A stretch of DNA of 64,000 bases from Malacoraja senta. Taxonomy: Eukaryota. The DNA lies in assembly GCA_038087875.1 (NCBI GenBank), contig CM075989.1, forward strand, positions 15,500,001 to 15,564,000. Direction: 5' to 3'. Position numbers and translations under genes: made by a program. Positions 39,422 through 51,812 of this stretch are shown here, one piece after another; the stretch's first letter is position 1; every line of letters begins with the position of its first letter. Below the pieces are notes generated by a model. The model was not told where the DNA came from, searched no databases, and saw nothing but the letters and a program-made list of their open reading frames with translations.

Positions 39422-39936
39422 GTTTGTGTTTACAGTCAGTCTGTGAGCCCATTTAGTATCTTAGAAAGTTTGAAGAACCCGTAGTATAAACTAGAAACAG
39501 ATACAGAGTGGATATATGGAATAACACAGTTAATCTGTTCTATTCATTGGAACATTGTTTATAGAATCCAATCTCCATGGATTTTCTCTTATTGAGGTTA
39601 TTAAAAGGCAGTTTTTCCCTGTCTCTGGTTTTAATAATTGTAAGCTCCACTCGCACCTTCTCAGCTTTCTTATTTACTTGATTTAAAAAAAGATATTTTG
39701 CTTTTATACACAAGTTGGTTTACAGTCATCTGGCTTCTTTCTTTAAAACATTGCTAATTTGATCAAATGGCAGGGATTTTTAAAATTTGGATATTAATTG
39801 GAGAAATGCTTAACTTGTATCACACTGTAAGGGTCCCTGGATAACATTTGGATTGCAGTCCAGGAATCTAGCTATGTAGTCACGGTCAGATGTTGGCTTT
39901 CTAGTTGTATTGAGGGCTGTCATCAAACATACAGCA

Positions 39937-40895
39937 AATACAATACAATACCGTTTATTGTCATTTGAACCTCAAATGAAGTTCAAATGAAATTTGGTTT
40001 CTGCAGTCATACAAGAAGAAGAAAACAAACCAAGACACAATTAACACAATTTACACAAACATCCATCACAGTGAATCTCCTCCTCACTGTGATGGAAGGC
40101 AAAGTCATTGTCTCTCCCCAGTTTTCCATTCTTCTCCTGATGTTAAAGCCCCCGGCGGGCGATGGCAAGTCTCGCGGCCGTTAAGGCCGCGCCAGTCGAT
40201 GTAAGGCTCTGCTCCGGGTCTTGATGTTGGAGCCCCCGGCGGGCGATGGCAAATCCCGCGGCCGTTAAAGCCACGCAGGGCGATGTAAGGCCCCGCTCCG
40301 GGTCGTTTTCAACCCCGCAATTCGGGCGGGAGAAGTTGCCGTTGCGGGAGCTCCGAAAAGCGGACTCCCACCAGGGACCCGCGAGCTCCTGATGTCACCG
40401 TCCACCGGGCCTGCGGCTGGAGCCTCCGAAGTCGGGTCGCAGCCGCGCGCCACCACAGCTCTCCACGCTCCAAAGACGGCCAGCTCCACGATGGTGAGTC
40501 CGCAGGCTTCGCGACTGGAGCCCCCAGGTCGTTCCGGTTGGAGGCCGCTCCACGATGCTAGGCCCCAGCGACAACGGAGGCCCGACAGGGAAAAGGTCGG
40601 GTCCCCCGTATAGGGAAGAGATTTAAAAGTCCCCCCCCCCCGCCCCCCCACATATACACAGCTAAAAACAATATATAAACTACAACCAAACTATACACTC
40701 AACAGGACAAATCAGTAGACGAGCATGTCTCATGGCTTGGCAGTTGATAGGATGGGTTAAATTTGGCAAGCAGTTACGGAAAGTGAATGCTAAATAATCA
40801 TAATTTGTTTTGCGACTTAAATATATATCAAACCTGTTTTTTTTTTAAAAGACAGTCGGACTGCAGAGGCCGCTGCCGAGAGGCGCCACCATCTT
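39937..40895 (-). mobile_element. CpG-rich non-autonomous retroelement, full length, with a 131-bp captured insert
   Basis: Minus strand starts AAGATGGtggcgcc and ends aatgacaataaacgg(tattg)n; homolog of 2287-3100. Confidence 0.85.
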
Positions 40896-42664
40896 AAAAT
40901 GCATATGTATATCTGACTCAGTTCATGGATGTATCAGAAAAGGTGCAACTCCTGAGCCTTTTCTATTTCTTTGCCATTGTGATACATATTTCCTCATTTC
41001 AGTCACATTACAATGTGAAAAGTCCCAACATTTCCAATCTCCAACCCTCCACCCCACCCCCCACAATTATTCCCCAATTGTCATGAAGATTTTCTGAGCT
41101 CAGCTAGGATTGGAATGGGTACTGTTGAGGACAATCTAGGAAAAGCACATCTCAGTTCAAACCCTAAGTATAGATTACAAGAAAAGTGAAGGGAGAGCCG
41201 AGTATAAAAAGGTCAAAGAGAACAGTTTTCTGAGTGTATTTGGGTGAGGAGCGATGCGGAGCTGGAGATGTTGGCTCCACAAAACAAATCAAAATATCTC
41301 TGTAACATCTTACTTCACCTGTCATGTTCACCTTGAAAGCTTGGAGGTACTCTTGGGTTGCAGACTGAGCATCTGTTATAAGCAGAAAACTCAGCCACCA
41401 TCTTGGAGAATGATCAAACAAGACAAATCAGTAGACGAGCATGTCTCATGGCTTGGCAGTTGATAGGATGGGTTCAATTTGGCAAGCAGTTACGGAAAGT
41501 GAATGCTAAATAATCATAATTTGTTTTGCGACTTAAATATATATCAAACCTGGTGTTGCCCATGGGGAAAGAGGAATAAGGCTAATCCCCGTTACCCCCA
41601 GATAAAACTGGGTTGTTGCAATTCATAATCGGATCAGAAAGTGTTGATATTGATTCTGAACACCTATATTCTAATTTTAATATTTATTTTGCTATTGAAC
41701 TAAATGCATAAATGCCGTTAACTTGCAATAGAAAAGTAATTGATTGGCTGATGAATTTTGTTGAATATTTTCTCCTAATATGTGTCATGTCAGACAGCCA
41801 AGACAAAGCTTCTAAGATGCTTTGGAATAAATTCCCGAAAGAAGTAATCAATTTCTTTAGGTCGTCATGGAAACAGAGTTCCTTGTCCTCTTGAAGCTTC
41901 ATCCCAAAATATTTACTTGAATTCTGTCAAATGTCTCGTTTGTCTTCGTCAAAGAATTAGGAATTGGAAAGGGTGAGGGCACGTCTTTAAAACTACAAAT
42001 ATTTTTACGGGTGAAATTGTCTTGAATCAAACTGCTCCAGTATCTAATTGCCTTCACAATGCCTGCAAATGCAAGGTGATGTTTCCCTAAATGTTGGCCA
42101 ATTTTATAAAAATATTGCATGTGCCTATCCTCACTCCTGCCCACTGTAGTTCAGTCATGTGGAACTATGACTGAACTTTATCAGATATCATCATTGTGGT
42201 TGCGACTCCGAATCAAAGCTGGGACCATGTGAGTGCATCTTCTATCATTTAGGTTCCTCCTTATGTACCCTGCAGCATTTCTTTCTTTTCCCTTGGGCCA
42301 CTGCTACCAGTTGTGTCACAGACACTGGTATTTTTTTGCCTTGGGCTTTGGTATTTGGCAACCTCATCGAGTTCTGAGTTGACATTCCCTCTTGCTATAA
42401 TTTAATGATATATCCCTCATCTTTGTCAACTATCGTACTATCTCAGTGACTCTTCACCTGCTCCAGATCATTGCTGTCTCCTTCCTTATATGGGCACCCT
42501 GAAATACCCTGCACTATGTGCCTGACTGCCTTTTGGTTGAAGCCAATTCCCAAGTTTGCAACTAGTATTGACTTTCACTTTAAAGTTGTTCTTGACTCTT
42601 GCATTATTTGTACCAAAAACATTGCAAGAGTGCTGTTTCCTTACAAGGTTCTAATTCTACCTTC

Positions 42665-42970
42665 ACACAGAGAGGTACAGCCAACTGAGTTTGTGCTGAC
42701 CATCAGCCATTTACATTATTTCTCATTTTCATTTTTCCTACAATCTCATCAACTTCCACCAAGTTCTACCACATGCCTACACATTGGGGGCACTTTACAG
42801 TCGGCAGTTAACTGTCAACCCCCATGCCTTTAGGATGTGGGAGGAAATCAGAGAAAATAGCCACTGCGAGAATACACAGACGCCACAGAGAAAGCACCCG
42901 AGGATAGAATTGAACCTGACGCTTTGGCACTGTGAGGCAGTGGTTCCACTTGCTGTATCACTGCACTGTC
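42665..42970 (-). mobile_element. Old V-SINE
   Basis: Decayed V-domain (ttaggatgtgggaggaaa) and tRNA head. Confidence 0.6.
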
Positions 42971-43549
42971 CAGTATAATTTATCTTTCAGAATCAGGTGA
43001 CCTGCTTTGACCCCTGTGGTCTTTTTCTCCTTTTTTATCCAGTCAGTTGAGTTTCTCTCTTTTTCCCCCCACAATTAGCCCATCGGGACACAGACCCATG
43101 AGGCAGTGATATCTGCTCTGACTATGGGGATTTAGGGAAAAGAGGCGAGGATGTGCTTTCATCTACCTACAGCCGAAGCCACAGACTCATAAATTATGTT
43201 AGCTCCAATTCTGAACTGCTGCAAACTTTCCCAAAAACTTTCAGTTGCTTTTCATTGCAGTTGTTTTGTATCCATCTTCACGCCATGACATCATTAGCAA
43301 CTTTCACAATTGTTTGTCCTGAAAACTATTGGAATCTATTTTGGTCATTCTATGACTTTATCTGTGTTATGCCCCATACCTCTTTTTAAAGAAAATCTTT
43401 TGAAGGTGCGATATACAACTTATTGCCAGCAACATTAATTTGTATAAAATCAAACTGCTGCAAATACTAAATTTGAATGAAATTACATAATTATCACTGA
43501 ACAGGGTTTCTTGTATTTTCATTATTGCATATTATTTATTTCCGCACAG

Positions 43550-43602
43550 ATCCTTCACAAGCACAAAAAGTAAGAAAGATGCCTCCTGGTTTGCCTTCAT
43601 CT
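43550..43602 (+). CDS. tcf12: TCF12 coding exon (about exon 8), 53 nt, second half of the NLS
   Basis: Acceptor tttccgcacag|; reads (D)PSQAQKVRKMPPGLPSS, the E-protein KVRKxPPGLPSS motif; donor TCT|gtgagt; phase 1 to 0. Confidence 0.95.
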
Positions 43603-46600
43603 GTGAGTATAGTTTTTCGTAATGCACCCTTGTGATTGTCGTTGTATTTTTAATGACGTTTTTTTGTCAATTTTATGTTGTGATCATGACAACAAAAGGT
43701 AGTAACTTGCAATGCTTATTGATGGCAAATGTCTAGTTGCTGGATTTAGTAACGATGATATGTGGCTTATTTGTACAATCTAACCCCTTGTCCCAGTCAT
43801 TTGAATCCCTCGTGGGAGAGAAACCAGGACAGAAGCTGTCAAAGAAGATTGTCTGTACAGGTCTTTTGATGTTTAATTAGTCATTATGTTGCTGAACAGG
43901 AGGACAGACAGAGATTAATAGCTCTGAATCTTAGAAATTTACATTTGTAATAATCCCAATGGAGCTGAAGACATTAAGATTCCGAGGACATGTACAACTC
44001 AGATTGCCTGAGTAGGCTGAGGTTATTAATATGCATAAATCACCAAGTCAGATGTTCATTGTGAAGCCCTGGTGGATTTTAAAGCTTCATTAAGCCTTTC
44101 CTAACTTCAGGCTTACATCAGAAAGGCTTTCAAGCAACGCTTTTGTTGATTCCTCTTTGCACTGAAATTTATCCTTTGAGAATAAAATGCTTTGATGAAT
44201 AAAGGTTGGTAGGTTTTGGTTAAAAAATCATTAATACCTCTGATAATCTAATGCTTTCAGGATTTTCTGTAGCATTAGATGTGCTTTATTCTTTAAAACA
44301 ACAAAATTGTAAATGACTGTTTATAATCCTGCGTGAAGTAAAATCCCATGGTGCCAAGAAAAGCTTGGTTATTCCAAATACTGAGGGAGCAAGAGAGAAA
44401 ATGATGCTGTCTTGCTGGAATCATCTCTTTGTTGTGCAAATGCTGATATGGTTTTTATTTGTCAGCACTTCAGTTAACACATGGACGCAGGTGCACTTGG
44501 ATGAGTCATATCTTGATATATGCTGAATGGACTGGTTGCCCGATGTTTGACAAACAGAATAGATGAAGACATTTTGATTCTGCATCGCCTGATTTAAAAA
44601 AAATTTTTTTTTTTTTGCAAGGTATTTTGCAAGTGCTTTCTTAAACTGCAAATCTTGAACCTGGAAATATCTATGACCTTCATTCCAGATGGGACTGCAG
44701 TAGTTAGTGTAGCCATGGGCAGCTGTTCATAAAACCTGCAGCCTACCTGGAAGCCGTGCGTACAGCTGCAGACTCTCTTAAACGGCATGCTTGCATAAGC
44801 ACTTGGCCCACTGGAGGCTGAATAGCTACTTGATAAACAGAACAAATGCAGAGCTTCCAATCATTATTCCCTAGGCAAAGAAAATTTGCATTAACTAAAA
44901 ATAGATAGCAATTTACATTTTATTTATTATAGTTTGGTGTTATAATTGACTGCAAAGCACTTAAAGGAAGATGTGAACATAGCTCTGTATTTGCTGATTA
45001 AACTGAGTGTATTAGTTGAAAGAAAAGTAAGGGAAAGTCTATGCAATGTTAATTTGAAATCTACGGTTTTATTCTAGTCACAGAAATAAATATTTGTATT
45101 TCAGATTATGAGCTGTAATTTTTTATGGCAGTTGTTTAAAATACGTCCACAAAGAAGCTAGGTTTAAATATTGGTGTCCTGCAGATATATCGTCAAAAAT
45201 GGACATTTCTGTTTTAGTCAAGGTAGTGTATGGGGGAAAAAATTGCTTGGGGTCAGCTGACAGAAAATGACAAGGAGATTGACTTCTGATTTTCAGCAGA
45301 TCATTCAACTATAATCCTGCTCCACTGAGTTTTATATAGAGGGGTAAATTTAAGAATTGCTTCCTTGTGACTTGAAATAATGTTGCTGTGCCTCAAGTAT
45401 ATGAGTGATCTGCAAAAGGGATAACAATTCTGTAACTGGTGAGAGATTTTAAAAACTTCCTTGAGTTTGTCTTGATTATATTTATGTATAATGTTATCCG
45501 ATTTGATTGGATAGCCCTTTTCACTGTACCTGGGTACATGTGACAATAATAACCAAGGAAACCATTCTCTTCTTGTTGATATCTGGGCAGATAATGCTTG
45601 GACTTCACAGATTGGGTTGTTTGTAGGATTCTGCAATTTCCATTGATATGGGGGGGGGGGGGGGGGGGAACAGCAAATCTCATTGATGGTTGAAAGTCAT
45701 CTCATGTATTATTTTGATTCAAATTATTTACATTCTTATTATTTACTTAAGATTATCATTAAAATATGTCACAATCTTTTATTGAAAGAGCCATCTGCTG
45801 GAAATCAGAAGTTGCACCAGCCTACTACCTGCTGAGCATCATGCAGGTGTGTTATTCATTTTTGTGTGCATCATAATTCCGAGCTCTAGTGGTTTCTTTA
45901 ATGTATATACTAATGCACAACACATAATTAAAATTGCTATCTTCATGTTGTCAATTGTTAAATCTAAAATCTCAATCAATTCCACAAGGAATTGTCTGTA
46001 ATGAGCTATTTCTCTGAAGATATGGCTACTTAAAAGAATATTATCATAATTATTGGAGCTGCTTAAATTGAATATTAAGGTTTAAACATTAGGCTTTATT
46101 CAGGTTGTTTTTGTTTTCTTTTCAACTGGTGATGACGTACAGGGATTTGTGACTTTTAACAATATAGTTGGAATAGTGTGTCCTATGCCCTCATTGAAGG
46201 GTTGTGTTATTTTATTAAGTCATGTAACAGAAACATCCTGTAATGAGTTAAATTTCTGTTTGGTTGTATTAAATATGTTGATTTCATTGAGCTTTTGTTT
46301 ATCCTTTGGGACAACCATGTCACTGTGAGCCTGGATATTATTGTCAGATTAAAATTGCAGATTTCAACCTCTATCTAACATGCATATCACTTGTGTTCTA
46401 AAGCACTAAAAACTGAAAATGGTTTCAAATACTCTGCAAGGCGGGAAACGGATACACAAAGAACGGGTCAATTTTTAAGGTTGGCTGTTAAGTAGGGCAG
46501 CTTATATACCTCCAGCACATTCTATTTCCCTTCCTTACCGCTACCCTTCCACAATCTCCTGCACAATTTCTTCCTCCCCGACTGTGCAATCCTATCGTCT

Positions 46601-48739
46601 TCTCTCATCCCCCAGTTCCCACCTTTCCCCTCTCCTGGGCACAGTTCCACCATTCCCCCGACCTCTACTGCATTTCCCAATTCACTCCTTCAGGTGCCGC
46701 CTACATCCCCCTCAATCTCAAACCTCAACCCCATCCCCTCTACTGATTGTGGATAGTCTGGCCAGGTCTCATTGTCTTGTTGTGAAGTTGTGATTTTGAT
46801 TAGCCAAAATAGTAATATTAAAACACATTACTGAGTGTTGTGGAAAATTTAAACATTCCAGTCTCAAACAAGCGTTACTATTCTCTTTAAGTAAGATATT
46901 AATATGCATATTTAATGCTTACTGCACATAACCATTTTTGTGAAATTGAGTTGCAAGTTAGATTGATTGGTAATCTGATTACTTTGTAGCTGAATTGCTG
47001 CAAATTTCTGTTACTCAATATCCATCAGCAATGTAGCAATTGTCCTCACTGACTTGAATATTATGCAATTGTTTTATAATACAGCAACACTAGGTGGCAG
47101 TGGATATTTGGTTAGCCTGTGTGTCTCCGTTTTTTTTTGCTTTCTTTAATTTTAATAAAATTGTAATGTGCCTTAATTTTGGAAATTAATTTAATCTTGC
47201 CTCAATAGCTTTAAAAGTTACTCACATTTGAATGTTGTAATGATAGCTCTGTGTCAAATGGATTTAATTTATTGCACCCAAATTTCACATTTTATCCAGT
47301 TTTGTTTTTAAATGTGGGATTGAATAACAAATCATTGCTGCAATTCTTTCTCTTTTTTCAGTTCATTCCCTGAATGTTACCATTGTTGTGATGTAAATTA
47401 ATTATTATTGATAATCAATATTGAGAATTTTGAAATCTACTAAATTTGAAGAATTTGAAATAAGAAGGAAGGATTTCTAAGAAATTAACTTTTTTGCAAT
47501 GGTTAAAGAAAAATGAACTGCTGTAGTGAATTACGTTTCAGTTTTATCAAGTGTCTACTCTATAAATAAGAACATTATAGAATGTATATGATCTGTAATA
47601 CAGCTTTGTTGCTGCATAAATTTCTACGTAATGAAATAGTAGGCATAATGTTGTAATATTGTTCTTAGTGCTTAATTGCCTTTAGGCTAGATCATAGAAT
47701 TCCATCTACTGGATTGAGGGGTGGGGCAGGGAGTTAATCCCTATGGTTCTGATGGAAATAAATTAAGGCTGAGCCAATACTTCATAGTTCTTGTTTACAC
47801 TTAGTACCTGATATTGTGTACCATGTATTTTTAGTATGATACGCAATAGATTTCAATAATTTACGTTCTTACCTCTGACATAGTTTAGAATTTAAGGTAC
47901 ACCAAATGATAAATATGAATATTTTATCATAACTGCATTTTGGTCAGTATGAATCAAAAGAATGTTATCCTCAAGTTTGATGCAGGTATCATTGTGCTAA
48001 AAATTGAAGTAGAAATGGCATTGGTTGGGATCAATGATCTCAGCATATGAAAGGGGTACAGAATATTTGATTATGTTTATAAAGATATTTATCTTTTCAT
48101 AAAACTGAAATATCTGACATTTTCACCTTTGAATCCATCTTGGACGAATCACATTTTTCTACACTACTTTGGCATTTTCATTCAATTCATTGAAAGATTC
48201 CACAGAACAAAACTCCACATAGTTAGTATTTATTTTATTTTCATTGGGGTGAATGATATGGATGTTGTGGGCTGTTGGTCACCTTTATTGTGAATATTCT
48301 ATGAAGCTTGCCATCACATAGCAATTCATGATTGCTTGACTGAGTTATAAATCACATCCCTGCCTTCATAGGTGTCATTTATTCAGCACATTTGCGCATG
48401 ACTGATTTATATTCCTAGCCAGTATGATGTCATGGATGACAGTCCACATTATTTTGTATCATCCAAGTAATCATCCTTGTTAATCCCGTGTCGGCTGTAA
48501 TAAAGTTTTGAAATCAAAGTTATGTCCAGCTAGATTATTTGCGAAATAGAATGTAGGATTAACCATGCTGAGATGCTAATAAGATAGATTTGAATTGACT
48601 GTGTGATGCAGTTGTTGAGTAAAGAGATTTTGTTCAATGAAATAGTTTCTGCATAAACCAATAAATATGCTGGAATATTCTGAGAAGTAATACTGCTATT
48701 TTTAGTTCTGTTGAGTTTTTATATTCATAATGAAACAGT

Positions 48740-50500
48740 GAAGGCAAACATAAAGGCTGGGGAGCTTGGGAAAGTTAATGGCAATGTCTTGAGGATGGTC
48801 CGTATTACAGTCGAGGTGATGAATGCGCAAACCGATATGAAGGTAGATGAGCCTCATTTTCTCCAGGGTTGGAGAATCGAGGACTATAATGCATAGATTT
48901 AAGATGAAAGGGGAAACTGTTAATAGGAACTTGAAGGGACACTTTTTTTTCCAGAGAGGGTGGCACATATATGGAACAGGCTGTCAAATGAAGTGATTGA
49001 GGCAGGTATAATAACAACATTTAAACATGAAGGTAGATGGGCCCGATCAGATATGTACTATGTAAGGACACTGTGGGAAGCGAAAGGAGAACTTTGGAGG
49101 GTGGCTAATGTTGTGCCTATTTAAGAAGGACTGCAAAGAAAAACCTGGGAATTATAGACTAATAGGCCTAAGATCTGTGACAGGAAAGTTACTGGAAATA
49201 ATTCTGATAATATATACATGCATTTGGGAAGTGGTTGATTAGGGATAGTTTTGTGCATGGTTGATTAATTCTCCACTAATATGAGTTTTTAGAAGTAACG
49301 GAGAAGGTTGATAAATGCAGCAGTGTAGCCACAGTCTCTATGGACTTCATTCAACAAGGGCTTTGTTAATGTTCTGTATGGTTGGCAGTTCTGGAAGGTT
49401 TGATTGCATTGGATCCAGTTAAAACTAGCTAGTTTAATGCTTAATTGGCTTGACCGTAGGAAGCAAATAATGATGAAAGAAGGGTGATTTCCAGACTGCA
49501 GGCCCTTGACTCGTGGTGTGCCTTGAGTTGGAGCTAGGCCCATATCTGTCATTTATATCAATGATTAGGATGAGCATGTACAAGGTATAGTTAGTAAGTT
49601 CGCAGATGATACTGAAATAACATAGTATCACAGACAACGAAGTAGGTTATTGAGAATTATAGCGGGATCTTGATCGTCTGGGTAATGGGCTGAGGAATGG
49701 TAAACAGTTTAATTCAGATAAGTGTGAGGTGCGATATTTTGGTAAGTCAGATCAAGGAAGAGCTTCCTCAATGAATCATAGTGCCCTCAAGTGTTGTAGA
49801 GGAGAGGGACCTCGAAATGCAGCAACATAGTTCCCCAAAAGTGGTATCGCAGGTTGAAAATGAAGAAGGCTTTTGACACGCTGGCTTTCATTAGTAAAGG
49901 CATTGAGAGACGAAGTTGGCACTCTATGTTGCAGTTGTAAACATGTTGGTGTGGCCGCACCTGGAGTTTTGCCTTCATTTTTTCACAAACTTCTATAGGA
50001 AAGATGCCATTAAGTTGGAGAGTGCAAAAATGATTTAAGAGGAAGTTGCCAGGGTTCAAGGACCTGGCTTTTCAGGAAAGGTTGGGCAGGCTAGGTCTTT
50101 GTTGCCTGGAAACAAGGAGGCTAAGGTGTGATCTTATAGAATCTTATAGATCTTATAAAATCACGAGGAGCATAGATAAGGTCAATGCACAATTTTTTCT
50201 GGGTTTGGAGAATCAAGGACTATAATGCATAGATTTAAGATGAAAGGGGAAAGTATTAATAGGAACCTGAAGGGACACTTTTTTACCCAGAGGGTGGCAC
50301 ATATATGGAACAGGCTGTCAAATGAAGTGATTGAGGCTGGTACAATAACAACATTTAAAAGATATTTGGACCGGTGCATGGATATGAAAAGTTTAGAGGG
50401 ATTTGGGTCAAATGTGTGTGTATGAGATGAGCATAGATGGGCATTGTGGTCAGCATGAATCAGTTGGACCGAAGGGCCTGTTTCTGTGCTGCAAGACCCT
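48740..50500 (+). mobile_element. Decayed CR1/HER1-type LINE (RT region to 3' tail)
   Basis: gtggctaatgttgtgcct (VANVVP), aagttcgcagatgatac (KFADD), HRFKMKGE...HIWNRL; tail ggaccgaagggcctgtttctgtgctg. Confidence 0.85.
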
Positions 50501-51499
50501 ATGCCTATAGTAAGACAATTTAAATACTTCACGGAAGTACACAACTTTGCAATCTATTAAGATGCCATTTTTTCCTTTAAACCTCAGAATGTAGTATTTA
50601 GATATAAAGATTTTATCTCATGGAATACTGACGTCAAGAGGGACTGGGAGATTGAAAGCTCTTTTTAACACAATCACGCTGCCAGAAAAGACAAAACATT
50701 CATAAGGAGATTCAGTGAATGGAATTGTTAATTGTAAATCAAAGCTTTTCCACAGGCCTCACAGGACCAAAATAGGCCCTCATAGTCTCAGGAGGAAGTT
50801 GTACGTCATTCTGTCTTGCTTTTTATTAGCCTGACGTATATATTGTCCTTCTGCAGCTGCTGCTGAGCTTTTCTAACTATAGGGCAGACTCCGTGTGTGT
50901 TAATGAATTTGCTTTTTCCTGTGAGGGTGCATTTTCCTCCTTTTGTTAAAGGAAACATCCATGTAATTTTGTTTTGACCCAGCCACCCAGAAATAGAGAG
51001 AGTTGCAACAGAAATTAAGCTAGGCTGCTTTCTATCTGTAGATTTTTAATACACTTGCTGGTCTACATATGATTGTGATGCAACTTTATGTCTTAATGTA
51101 AAGCAACCAGACTTTCACAATACCATGAATCTCATTGTCAATTACTAAATGCTAGACACTTGGGATCCATGTTATAATGAGGGTAAAGAGTATAGTTATA
51201 TTTGAGTAGTTTCCTGTTTCTGTGCGTCATAGATTTATAGTGGTCAATTGTTTTTCTCCCATGTGAAATATTTTGTTCACATCGTGTGTGTGTGTGCACA
51301 TTTTTACTGGTGGTGCATCAAAGACTTTCCAGTCATTTTTTTTAAGCTAAAGTAAGCATTAAATTTAGATTTAACTTTCAATATTTTTGTCTCTGCATTA
51401 ATTGAAGTTAATGAACAAACTAAAGATTTCAAAATATAGTAATCCATTACATTTTCTGGAGATCACACTTTCCCTGGTCCTATCTACCTGTATTTGAAC

Positions 51500-51743
51500 A
51501 TTGCTCTGGTTATGTTTGCTGTGACTGCGTCAAGGGCTGAATACGGAATGTAGCCAATAAAGCTCAACTTCCCTCCCCAGCTCTTGCGTTGAATGGTTCA
51601 GCCTACTTTGCATAAGTTCCTTCTGAGTAGATCCATGTGTGGAAAGATTAAGGAATTAGTCTGCCTGAAATTGAGTAGTTGAATGTGTCGCACAGTGAAG
51701 TGCACAGTTGCTGATCTCTCCACGCTAGATTTTAGCGAGCAAC
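51500..51743 (+). promoter_or_regulatory. tcf12: Putative HEBAlt internal promoter and 5' UTR
   Basis: Non-repetitive sequence directly upstream of the Alt ATG; AGCCAAT CCAAT box near 51552; octamer-like ctttgcat near 51606; TSS not determinable. Confidence 0.6.
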
Positions 51744-51812
51744 ATGTATTGTGCTTATACAGTGCCTGGTATGGGTAGTAATTCACTTATGTATTACTAC
51801 AATAGGAAAACG
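51744..51812 (+). CDS. tcf12: HEBAlt alternative first coding exon (23-aa Alt domain)
   Basis: gcaacATG; reads MYCAYTVPGMGSNSLMYYYNRKT, near-identical to the recalled HEBAlt/TCF4-A Alt domain; donor ACG|gtaagt, phase 0, matching the exon at 60934; lies in the expected intron. Confidence 0.95.

Noticed and set aside
39223-39456. Stand-alone 77-aa ORF (likewise 61374-61649)
   Set aside because: Only the central part is coding, as a TCF12 exon; the flanks are intron read-through beyond clear splice sites
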